Shown piece by piece: positions 22,787-34,540 of a stretch of 64,000 bases of DNA. The stretch spans positions 29,886,001 to 29,950,000 of the forward strand of contig CM052816.1 in NCBI GenBank assembly GCA_028534125.1, read 5' to 3'. Below the pieces are notes generated by a model. The model was not told the DNA's origin. It made no database searches and saw only the letters and a list, made by a program, of their open reading frames with translations. This stretch comes from Lama glama. Taxonomy: Eukaryota. Position 1 is the stretch's first letter, and the number at the start of each line of letters is the position of its first letter. The position numbers were made by a program, and so were the translations under genes.

Positions 22787-24809
22787 TTCAATCAGGAAGA
22801 TTACTTTTCACAGGTCAGAGCCTGGGAAGATGTCCAATTTTCCCTATCCTGGGTGGGCAAATTCATATTCTCAGCACCCTGTGAGGGCACAGAGTCCATG
22901 CCTTATCGCAGGTGAAGTTTTTCCTAGATAAATGTTTGCAGATGTGTGCCTGGCTTCCTTGGACTGGGTGCTCAGTGGGGCGATTAACTAGAGATGATCA
23001 GTATGGCTGAGGTCTGTACCTGCCTCACTCTCTCCACCTGAAATACTGGCATGATTCCTATTTTCTCTGCTTCTCAGACTGAAGGTAAAAGGGGATAAGG
23101 TGTGAGAGCCCTTTGAAAGAGAAGCTACATGCCCGAGTGTCTCTGAGGAAAATCCTTTGGGCTTGGCCAGTTGGTACATAGCCTGACATTCCAAGTCTTC
23201 CTCTGGAATCATCTTGCTTCCGAACAGCTGTATCTGACATTCCTCAGACTTTCAGAAGGAAAGGAAAGTTTGGTCTTCCACCCGAGGCGTAGCTGGAGAC
23301 CAGCCGCCTGCTGGTGGACTGCCCAGCCGCTCAGGCCCTTCATTCTAAATGCATTCTGAGGCTTAAACTGGACAGACCCTTCTAGTCCGCATTTTTCTCT
23401 GAGAGATACACCCAGTGCTGCTGGCAAATTTATAGCTGGCTGGTTTGGTTAAGCAGAAGAAAGTCTGATGCTTGACGATTATGTAAGTCTTTGAGCACTG
23501 TAAAGTGAGCACCGATCAAGTTTCACAATCAACCCAGGGAAACATGACACCTGTCCTTAAGGTGCCTGACATGGTCATTTTATGTTATGGACTTGAGGTT
23601 TGGGATGTGTCATGGTAGTTTCCATGCTGTTCATTTACGTGCAGACACAGTGGTACTCAAGCCGTAATGTGGTCTTATTAGAGACATGATGCTGGTGTCT
23701 TCAACAGAGTGAGCAATTCTGGTTCATTTTCCAGTTGTGATGCAAAAAATTCCTGCAACTTTAAAGCTGTCTTTGCTGCCTTTTGGAGCCCTTTTTAGGA
23801 CTAATCATTTGACTTTGCACTAATGAGATTATACCCAGCAGGGGCAGATATTTTCCTTTTTAATTTTCATTCCTGTTATTTAATTGGCATTACACACACA
23901 TAATGAGACCAGAAAAAAAATACCCTGTAGCAATCTGTTCAATACAAATAACTCAGGCAGATGCAACCAGATGTATCCATGGTGACCTCCCTGACTCTCT
24001 CACTACCCACACATTAGGAGAGATGGCCTGGAACACTTAACTCTCTGTTTGCCGAATGTGTCAGAGATGTGCTTTCTCCCTTCTCCCACAAGAAAGAGCA
24101 TTTACCCAAATCTATGTGTCTCTCACCTTGAGAGTTGTCTGCTAAGCAGCTGAGTAGGTGATGTAGCCTGGGGTTCTGAGTAGATGCTGGTCCCTGGTGT
24201 TAGTGATGGCTGATTGTCCCGTAGCCCCAAAGTTGTAGACAAATTCATTCTCCATCTGCCCCAGGGCTCTTCTTACAATAACCTTTACTGAAGAGAAATA
24301 CCGAACTACACGAATGGCCATCAGAGCTGGTAACAAACATAAAAACTTCCTTCTTGTGTATGACGTTTCTATATTAAAGCCAGCCTTCTCTTCTGAGAAA
24401 AGATATAATCTTTTAGGGTCATTAGGAGTTTCAGGAGATCCTCTCTGATGAGTCACAGCGGTTTTAATCTTTCAGCACCTTTCCCCGGGATCCCAGGATC
24501 CACTGGGATGCGACAGAGTGCTGTCATACAGTGAGGACCACGGGGCTCGCTTCAATACATAAATACGTCCTTTCTTCCAAACAGGTCAAGTATCCATCAT
24601 TTAAAATTCCACATCCCATGGAACACACTGGGTGATTCTACAACATATCCTGTAACTTTCCTTTGTTTATACAGCATGCGGAACATGGAAGTTTCCACAC
24701 CTGAAATATTCAGGACATTATCATGAATATTGTTCATTTTGCCACTGAAAGAAAAGTGCAAAGGAAATGTCACTCTACCTCATTTACGCTGTGTCCTCTC
24801 TTGTGCTTT

Positions 24810-25850
24810 TGTTTCACCCCCAAAGCTGGTTCTTTCCCAGTGTTTTCTATCACAGTGCAATGCACCAGCGTCCTGTTAATACAGAAACCTAGGAGAGCTC
24901 TTTGAAACTCTCTTCTTGCCAAGGCGTTTACTTGTTTTCATGTCCACTGCTGCCACCATGACTAAACGACCATCTGTAATACAGATCAGGAGAGTAACCG
25001 CCCAATCGTCCTTCCTTTGCAGTTCTTGCCCTTTGTCTCCTCCTTCCAGCAACTGGATTGCTGTTGTGGAAACACCCGTACAAGTCAGTTCATTTCATTC
25101 TTATATTTACAAGCTTTCAGTTGCACTTTAGCAAAACAAACAAACAAACAAAAAAACAAAACAACTAAGCCAAACCAAAACCAAAACCAAAATCAAAATT
25201 CATTAAATCCTTACCATGGCCTGCAGGAGTCTGTGTGATCTGGGATCTGGGATCTGGTCATCGCCTGTGAAGATGCCAGCGTCTCTCCTGTTTGGATTAC
25301 GGGAACAGCCACCTCTTTATTTGGCTTCTTCTCACTGTTAGATGAAAACAATGTGGTTAGCATCCCTCCCTGGCTTTTCGCTGTGTGTCCTTTGCTTCTC
25401 CAGCCACATCTTGCTCTACATTTCCCTGTGTTCCCTCTGCTCCAGCCAGTCTTTTTTCGGTACTGGGTCCTGCCCCCAGAATTCTGTATCTGCTTCTAAC
25501 TTGATCTGGAACATCCTTTCTCCCCTTAACTAACTCCCTCTTTATTATTTTATTTGTATTCATTTACTTGGGGGGGGGAGTAATTAGGTTTCTTTCTTTA
25601 TTTTTAATGGAGGTACTGGGGATTGAACCCAGGACCTCGTGCATGCTAAGCACACACTCTACCACTTCCTCCCTCCCTCTTTATCTTGACAGCAGATTAT
25701 AAAGAGTGTTTCTGCAGAGCAGTCTTCCTGGCTCTCGAGGTCACATCATGTGCTTTGTTACACGGGCTTTTACGAATGTGGCCCCCTCCTACTTACCGCT
25801 TACTGTAAACATCCATCTGTAAAGTGACCTTAGCTGTCTCTTTTCTCCGT
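24810..25850 (+). mobile_element. L2 LINE 3' fragments (interrupted by SINE)
   Basis: 'cccaaagctggttctttcccagtgttttctatcacagtg...cagaaacctaggagag', 'aaatccttaccatggcctgcagg' and 'ctctgctccagcca' are degenerate L2 motifs. Confidence 0.65.
25546..25672 (-). mobile_element. Camelid-type tRNA-derived SINE, 5' end partly lost, 12-bp TSD
   Basis: 'gagtaattaggttt...atggaggtactggggattgaacccaggacctcgtgcatgctaagcacacactctaccact', with TSD ctccctctttat at 25534-25545 and 25673-25684. Confidence 0.92.
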
Positions 25851-25870
25851 GAGAAGATCTAGAATGTTTT

Positions 25871-27564
25871 GTCGGGGCAGGGCGGGGCGCCTCGTGAAGA
25901 GGGTGGCGCGTGGCGTGTGGCTCTCGCGCTCGTCTGCCCGAGTCTCAGCTCAGCGCACTGGCCGGGGCGCGCTGGTCTGGGGCCCCGCCCCCTTCTCCAC
26001 CCCCCTCGCCCCTCCCCCCCACGCCGCCGTATACCCGACATGCCCCGCCCCCCGCAGAGGAGGCCAGCGCCGCGGAGCAGGTTTCCGGAGCAGCGCCCAG
26101 GCGGACTCAGGCTTCAGCGAGGCCCGCAGGCAGCACCAGTGAATGCCTCGGCCTTGTTAGCGCCGCAGCAGAGGAAAGCCCTGGGGGGGATGCCGTGGGT
26201 GAGCAGGGTCAGCAGGAAGACCTTGAGGAGAAGTTAGTTGAAGGAGTATGTGGCCTGCCTCACAGACGAGCGTGCGGAGTGCTCTGGGGAGCCTGCGCCT
26301 GGCCCCTGGAGGCCCACCTCCTCCCCGCTCTTGCTGGAGCGCCGCCTCACACTGGCCCATGCCTTGGAAAAATGCCTTAAGAAAGGGAAGGGCGAGGAAC
26401 AGGCCCTGGCCGCTGCCATTCTAGGCCTGCTGTGTATGCAGCTGGGCCCTGAGCCCAAGGGCGAGGAGCTGTCCCACAGCCTGCACCCGCCGCTGGTCTC
26501 TGTGCTCCGTGATGGCACAGCTGGTCCTGCCGCCTGGCTCCACTGCGCTTCCGCTCTTGGCGTGGGCTGCTACAGGGCTGCTACTGGTGTACAGGACTTG
26601 GTCTTTGGCCCACCTGCTTGGATGTTATTTCCAGCCGGTTCTGTGGTGTGGGTGGCTCCACAGCCTGCTCTGTGCCGCCCTGCAGGCCTGGGCAGTGCGC
26701 CTCACCATCCGCCCCAGCACGCACATGAGCCACGTCCTGAGCAGGCGGCTGCTGCGGCTGCCCCGGCTCTTGTCCAGTCAAAGTGTGAACCTGCGGATCG
26801 CTGCCAGCGAGACCATTGCACTGCCCTTGGAGCTCGCCGGGGGCCTAGACGACTTTATTTACCACGAGGTGCTCTACGTGGACAGCTGGGCCCGGCGCAG
26901 GATCTAGGGATCTACACCGTCTTCAAGGACGTGCCGGGTTCCGGCCTGCACCATCACCTCCAGAACAACGAGCTACTACTCCGTGATATCTTTGGCCTGG
27001 GTCCTGTGCTGGTGCTGAATGCCACTGCCCTGAAGGCCTGCAAGATTCCACCTTTTAAGAAGCACCCGTACAACGCTCCCGTTTTAAAAGCCCAGACCGA
27101 GGCACGCAGCCGTGTGCAGGACAAGCGGGTTGACATCCTGTGAGGCGGGACCAGCTCAGGAGGAGACTGTCCATATCCTCGCCCATATTTTTAACAGATG
27201 ACAGTGCAACCCCTGGATCTTGCCAGGAATTGTCACTTTATTTTTTTTAATAACAAAACAACAAACATACATGTGAGTGGGTGACTGGAAGCCAGGCCAC
27301 TTGGGACCCTGGTGCTTTGCCCCTGCACTCAGCCCTGTGGCCTCTTCCTGCCCTGTTTCAGGCCTGTGGGGCAAAAAGAAAAGAGCTGTTTATTCCTTTC
27401 TCAGGTCTTGATCCCTCGGGATGAACCACTTCCTTAGAGGGGATAGTATTTGGACAGATGCCACTACAGCAGGTGAGAGGAATGGGTATATGTGCTAATT
27501 TTTTTTTTAAGATTATTGGAGATAATTAAACAGAATGCTCAGCCTTCAAAAAAATTAAAAAAAA
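25871..27564 (+). pseudogene. IFRD2: Processed pseudogene of interferon-related developmental regulator 2
   Basis: Intronless. Peptide blocks GGQRRG..RSSAQADSG, EQGQQEDLEEKLKEYV, LLERRLTLA.ALEKCLKKGKGEEQALAAA, LLSSQSVNLRIAA, HHHLQNNELL.RDIFGLGPVL and ARSRVQDKRVDIL* are spread over three frames. The former ATG is at 26040 and the stop TGA at 27141-27143. The 3' UTR ends with ATTAAA at 27525-27530 and an A-tail at 27548-27564. Confidence 0.96.
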
Positions 27565-30500
27565 CTTTTTTCAAACATGGATCGGTGAATGTTAAGAGGT
27601 CTAGATGAAACATTCAAGAGTCTAGTTATTACGTTTAATTTCAGTGTACTACATGTTTAAAATCACGTTCTATAAGATGCATAAGACAATGTGATTTTAG
27701 AGATATGCTTTCTCCTGCTTTCATTTTTTCCATGCTCTTCACATTCTTCTTTGACATCGTGTCTTCATCATCACTAAGGCCACTTTTTGAATTCTCTAAT
27801 GCAGTTATGTGAGGCTTGTCACCTTCACTTTTATCTAAGTTGTTTGAGATATAGCACTTTTTGAATCATGCATGATGCTGTCACTGGAAATTTATCCCAA
27901 GCCACTAGAACCCATTTGTGTAACATTAGAACAAGTTTTTTTTTTTTTTGTCCCTTGAGTATGTATTTATTATTGCCACAGTCCAACCACTCACTGTCTT
28001 CCTTTAAAAGTGATCTTTAAGAGTCTTGTTTACAATGACATCCAACATTTGCAATTGTTAGGCCATCCCTCAGGGACAATTACTAAATCTTCATTAAATT
28101 CTGTTCCTTCTTTATTACCAATTATGTCCGTTCTAGGTTAATTTGCTAAAAGACAATTCAGTGAACAACCAATTTGCTTAATTTACCTGTTTCTTTTCAC
28201 TGTTTAATTTTAGTCGACAGATTTTTATTTTGCCTTCCTAGCAGCACTTAAGGAACATTAAACTGGTGTGCTGCCTTAGTTCCTTACTCCTTGAACTGGA
28301 CACTGTTTGCCAGCTCAGCTTCCATCCTCCGCTGTCTGACACTGTGTCTTTCCTAATAGAAACTCCATTTTTTTTTTTTAAGATGTCTGCCCTCCTCACA
28401 GCGATGAGACCTGGGAAGACTGACCCCATCTCTGTCTTAACCGTATTTCCTTGGATGAGGTAAGGTGAGACCAAATGTAGACCCTAAAAGAGAAACCAGA
28501 GTTTCACAGTTTTGTTCAAATTGCAGTTCCCTGGGGAGAACACAGCACACCACACGGGGACCATCAGGGAAAGCACTGAGGTCTTCAGGGGACAGAGAGA
28601 GGGGGCAGAGCTCTGGTTTCCATGGGAAGGAATGGGAAAGGCAGGGGCAGGGAGGCGATCTCAGGATTGGCCACCTAAAATTGAAAGTGGTCCTCTGAGA
28701 TTCATGTTCTCTGTGATTGTTAAAGTGTGTTGTCTGGGGCCATCTAAAGTTTCCCATGTTTTGGGGGGAGCCAGGGTCTGTTTGGGAGCAGCTAGTAGGC
28801 CTTGTGTAGGTGTTAAAGCATTGATTTACAGAAGTTAAAAGGATGGTTAATAAAGTCCTCACTTCAAGTGTAAGTCCTGTTGAGTCTAGGCCACATATGA
28901 CATTCCCCTGGTGGTGTATTATACAAGTTTGCTCAGTTCCACCTTAGACTGAGAAGGACTCAGGAAGAGTGACCTGGCCATCTGAGGCCATGGCAGGACT
29001 GCAGACTTCACACATGGAATGTGGAGACGCAGATGAGGCAAATTACATCTCAGCAGAGATCAGTGTGGGCAGAGAATTTTTGCGGACGAGGTGTCCCGTT
29101 CCTCCTGATGCCAGTAGACCATACATGGACCATAGAGCACCTCCAGGGAGAAAGGAAAGAGAAGGCGAGGTGTGAGGGGGTACAGATGGCATGTTTATCC
29201 AAATAAGTCTGAGTGTGGAGAGCAGGGGGAATACACCTCTGGGACTGGCCTTGTGTACTTGAACTGCCGTGCTCAGATTTCCACCATAGGGCTCTGAGAG
29301 CTTAGCTGAGATGTTCGGACATAAACAAAGCGAGACTGTCAGTTTCATCTCTGCTCAGTAGCAAATATTCTATCTTGACATATTTCTATTTCACTTCTTG
29401 TGCTGAAGTGTATTCTAACATAATATATCATTATGTTTCAAAGTCTTTAACCTCATCATACTTTTCTAGAACAGAAATAACTATAAATTTAAATTTAAAA
29501 AATTTCTATGACCTTATGGCTCCAAAGTATGAATATTTGTCTTCTAGATTGAGTTATCATTACAATTATTATTCATATATTATGGAGCAAAAACAATATG
29601 TAATTATTAAAAAATACAGTCAATTATTATGCACAAAAATATGATTTTTTTATTGGGAATACATCCCATAATGTAATGGATTGGGGTAGATTGTTAAAAC
29701 GCTTTGCTTAAAAGAGCATTCATCTTGTTCCTCTGCTGTGCCAAGGTAAGATTTGCTGTGTATACTTTTCTATTGTTAAGTAACAAAAGGTATATTGCGA
29801 AAGAGGTGAGGACCAGTATGACCTCAGGCACCGTCTCAAGAAAATCAGTTTTAGGAACATATTCATGGAGAGGCTGAGGATCTGCAGATCAGCCTCACAC
29901 TCCTTAGAATGTCTTTGTGTTACATTGAGGGGTGTCCATTACTCTACTTTGAAGACCACTGTCATTCAACGTGGGAAATTTGGCAGGGATAGATTTCAGC
30001 AAATTATCACCCCGCTTTCAGGCTCACACTCGGAAAACAGGGGTGCTAGAGCATGCTGTTGTCTCCTCTGCAGTCTGGGGATGCTTACTGTGGCCATTAG
30101 GTACCTGAAGTAAAATGACGAGTCTACCATGGCTGAGAAACTAAACTCATATATCTTTCACATAGAAAATACCTGAAAAGCAAGTTAAACATGATAGATG
30201 ACCATTTTTTTTTTTTTTTGGAGAACAACCAAAATTCTCAGGTGCTAGGGAATTAGCATAACTCAGTGAATGCTAAGCTGAACTTATTTTTAGAAATCTA
30301 CAGAGATCTGTTCTGATACAAAGCAACTGCATTATTATGAAGGGTAGAATGACCCCAGAAATCACAAAATATTCTGAGGCCCAAGTGAACACAATATCAG
30401 AGCAGATATCAAAGGGAAATCTGAAACGATTTATTATAGAAGGCAGGAATACCTTCGGGGAAGGTTTCTTCCCCCCAGGTTAGCTAATGTACAAGCCAAG

Positions 30501-33479
30501 TGGATATGTCAAATGTAAGACAAATAATGGTCTTAATATAATTGTACAACTGAACTACTTTGATGGAATTGGATCAAGGGAACATAGGAGAGGGAACACA
30601 TTTTTACAGGGTGAAGTATTGTCTTGGAATGCAGTGTCTCATGAAATTTGGCTTTCAAAATGAGCTCAGTTTAATTTTGAGAATAGCCATTTGAATTGAA
30701 AATAAGCCTTGAGAACCTGAAGAGGAATAATAATAGCGCTCAGCAGAGCTGCACATAATCTGGGGCTTTGTTGAGGTTTGATGGCCAACGTGATTTGACC
30801 TGCCCTTTTCTAGTTTCCTGGGTGGGTTTGGTGTCCTGACTTGCGACTGGACGCGTGCACATGCGGGACCATCAGGCCAGACAGCCTCTGCCTGGTCCCA
30901 CTCGCAGGATCCACTTCTTGATAACGTTGCTGCCTGGCAAACAATTACACAATAGCAAAGATCGCCAGTGACTTTCTGCTTTCACCTTGGTCTTCTGGCA
31001 GGTGTGATATACTATTTTAATAAAGAAAGTGTTATAGAGTGGTGAGGTTCTGGACACTTCAGCAGGAGTTTTTGAGGGCATGTGCAAGGGTTTCCCCCTG
31101 GCTTTTATTTATGCTCTGGCTTCCTGATGATACACCTATATTGAAGAGATGCAAATATCTCTGATTCTGTTCATTTATTTTCTGGTATCTCTGGTGGTGG
31201 TAATTTTTTTTTTCTTTTTTGCTTTTGCCTCTAAGGAAGATAATTATTTTGAGACTGTTGTTTTCTATCCTTGGGGGTCTCTGGTAATTGCAAATGATGT
31301 CATTAAGGATTGAAAGGAGAAATGGTCATTACTCATATTTAAAGGGATATACTTGTTAAAATATAGTAATTATATGTAATAATTCTATGCAGTTTTAACA
31401 TTTGAACCAATGAAAATGGTTTAAAATTCAGAAGTTAACAAATAAGGGAAAATAGGTTATATTTTCCTAATGTATTTTGCAGAAAATCAGCAGCCCCCCT
31501 TTTTTTTGTCAAGGCCATAAATATTAGATGAAAATATCATTGATCCAAATATATTTATTGTTTAATTCCATGAATATTCTAGCTACATGCATGACAAATA
31601 TGTAGTGTCATCATATTTATATTCAAAGTAATTACAAGAGTCATAGATAGAGGACCTGAATTATTCACCTCAAAATTTTGCATGTTCATGCTAACAAATC
31701 ACTCTGAGCAATAGTAATTAGAACATTTCCATTGCTCTTGTTATGGGTACAGATCACAGTGGTGAGGTACACTGAGGAAACATAAAGGGAATGAGGAAAA
31801 GGGTGGCGAGGATGGGAGAGCTTAATATTTAGCAAAATGCTTACTTGAGATTAAATGACCTTTTCCATAAATCAGGAGGAAGGTTGTCAGCTGGGTGCTT
31901 TCTCATTTGCAGCATGTGTAAGCAGCAGGAAAATGAGGCAAAGCATCCTTTGAAGCAAAACATTACATACGATGCAGTTCATTCCCACCGTAGTCTCTCT
32001 TTTCAGAGAAGCTATTACTGAAGGTAAATCAGGTGAGGCCCTGTCCAGTCGGCTCCTCCACAGGCAGTTCCTATTAGTAGCATCTTTATTTCCCCACCTG
32101 AAGCACTCTTGCCCTTCCAAGTGACAGGATTCAGATGAGTTTAGTGTATGCCAAGTTAACTCCCTCTGTAAGAAAAGAAATGCCTTGCAGTATTCAAAAC
32201 AAAGAATGCTGGAGACACATCATTCCAGAGGATGGTTGTGAGATAGTTTCAGATTTCTCTGAATCCACTGCAGAGTAATCGTGCTCTGCTGATCCTGGAA
32301 ATTCTGTGTATTGCTCTGGTGTCGTGGGAGCATTCCCAGCGCATTCAGGAAGTCACACCAGTCCTGGCCATCTTTTTGGAGTCTTAGAAAAATGTGAGCA
32401 ATCCCAACGACCACAGGAGAACTGCCCAAGATGTCAGACTGACTGACTTTGAAAAAGAATTGTTACAATTTACTGCTTGTTTTCTTCTGGCTCCCCCTCT
32501 CTGTCCCAGCTTATTTCTCCTGTCACCAAACTTGTTTCTCGGCCACCAGTCAGGTCGTCCTCCTTTCTGGGTGGTTCCCTTGTCATGCTCTTCCCTACTG
32601 TAGCCTCTGCTCATACTTCCCTTCCTGCCCCCGAGCCCCTCAGTTGTCCAGCATTCGTGGCCCCTGCCCATTGAAGGCCAGTACCCAGGGTTGGCATTTT
32701 CCCTCCAACCCATGGACTCATTGATGCTCACTGACCTCCCCAGTGTAACTCAGATCAGGACGTCAAGGGAGAAGATGCTCTGCAGAGTGTGGGTAAATCT
32801 TACCACAAGGGGGCCAGTAATGGGCTGTCATGGTAACGGCCAAATTTAGATTTTTCACTTATCCCCCTCTGGTGCCCATTCTGTCTTGGCAATCATGTCC
32901 TTAAATCCTGGTCGTCCTGTTTTGGTGATCTATCAGTAGAAAGAGCATTGAATGACATACTCCTTCTAATGACTCTTAATAGCTAGGACAGTCATCTTGT
33001 TTGTATTGTTCTAGTCCTAACTTTGGGATAGTATTTAGTAAGAGTATTTATGTCCTGAGCTCAGCAACACAAGAAAATTAAGCACTCGTCTTGCTTCCTA
33101 CGGACTCTCTCATCCCAGTCCCATGGTTATATGGTTTGTGGTTGGGCAAAATAAGAGAGTGTCGTCACGGACCCTGACTGTGGTCTGGATGGCGCATGGA
33201 GGCCTGGGTGCTGTGCTCAGCATATGGGGGTGGGTGGGCATCAGGACAGCACAGTTGCTCTGCTACAGGTAGGAAACCTCAGTCTCTCTCCGGGTTCAGC
33301 TGCTGGTGGCAGGGCCTCGGTGATTTCATACACTCTTTAGTTCACTGTATCCATGGACAGGCCCATAGGTCTCACGTTTTGAACCATGTGTTTTGGTAGA
33401 GGATTATATTAATTGTGAATCCCTTCTGAATGGGAATTGACCCAATCTTTTATTAAGGTGGAGTTGAAAGTATATCATA

Positions 33480-33670
33480 GCTAGCTAACATTTGTCGTGT
33501 GCTTATGGTGTACTGGCATTTGTTTGCATTATCCATATAATGTTCATGATGACAGAAGAGAAAGATGAGGCACAGAGAGGTTTAGTGACTTGCACAAGGT
33601 CACTGAGCCTTTGAGAAGTACGACTGGGCTCTTTCCCTGTCAGCCTAACCTCAGAGCCCATGCTCTCACC
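33480..33670 (-). mobile_element. MIR SINE
   Basis: 'tagctaacatttgtcgtgtgcttatgg...tgaggcacagagaggtttagtgacttgcacaaggtcac'. Confidence 0.8.
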
Positions 33671-34059
33671 CACAGAATTAGTTTAGTGACAGAGACGTGT
33701 CCGGGCCGATACCTCTGCCGGTCTCCCGAGCTTTCCCTCCAAGGTGGCTTCTGTAGTTTGAGCTATCACATTCTACCTTCAAGACGAGGATCAAGCAGGA
33801 AGGCTGCTCATGTGAGATTTTCCAGGCTACAGCTGCCTCGTGACTCTCCCTGGCTGCAGAAGAAGCTGGCATAGTGAAGGTTTAGCTTTGTAACCTTTAT
33901 CCCTGAACAGGCAGAAGAGCAGTGGTTTGGGCTTGGTTGTGGGGTGAAGCCACCAGCAGTGTCTTCTACAATTCTGGATTTTCTGAGGGTCTCACTGAAT
34001 TGGCTTTGGGGCAAGTGCCAGGAAAAGGAGGTTCTCTTCCCAGGAACACAGTTATACCT

Positions 34060-34540
34060 TGTAGAAGGCTGAATAATGTCCCCACAGATTCTCAAGTCCT
34101 AATCCAGGAGCCTGGCCTTGGATCCTTATAGCCCTAATATGGCAGAAAAGACTTTGAAGATGTGATTAAATTAAGGATCCTGAGGTGGGGAGAGCACCTG
34201 GATTATCCACGTGGGACCTAAATGTAATCACAAATGTTCCTCTAAGGGGGAGCAGAGGAAGATTGGACCAGAGAGACAGAGGTAGTGTGATGACTGAAGC
34301 AAGGTAGTATGTTTCTGGTCTGGAAGATAGAAGAAGGGGCCAGAAACCAAGGGATGCAGCTCTTGAAGCTAGAAAAGGCAGGAAGCAGAATGCCTCCTGC
34401 CTCAAAAGGGGTGCAGCCTTACTGACACTTTGATTTTGTCCCAGTGAAAATGGCATTGGTCTTCTGACCTCCAGAACTGTAAGAGAGTAAATGTGTGTGT
34501 TTGGAGGTACCAAGTTTGTGGAAGTTGTTTTGGCAACTTC
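34060..34540 (+). mobile_element. MaLR solo LTR (MLT1C/D-like)
   Basis: 'ggctgaataatgtcccc...gactttgaagatgtgattaaattaaggatcctgag...taaatgtaatcacaa...ttctgacctccagaactgtaagaga...ccaagtttgtgg'. Confidence 0.9.

Noticed and set aside
24142..24456. 104-aa minus-strand ORF in unique DNA
   Set aside because: Non-ATG start, no recognisable homology and no convincing splice signals.
25849..27143. Functional IFRD2 gene
   Set aside because: Intronless with polyA, multiple frameshifts, large deletions and an in-frame TAG at 26905-26907.
25861..27572. TSD for the IFRD2 retrocopy (agaatgtttt vs aaaacttttt)
   Set aside because: Only 7 of 10 positions match in low-complexity sequence, which is not distinguishable from chance.
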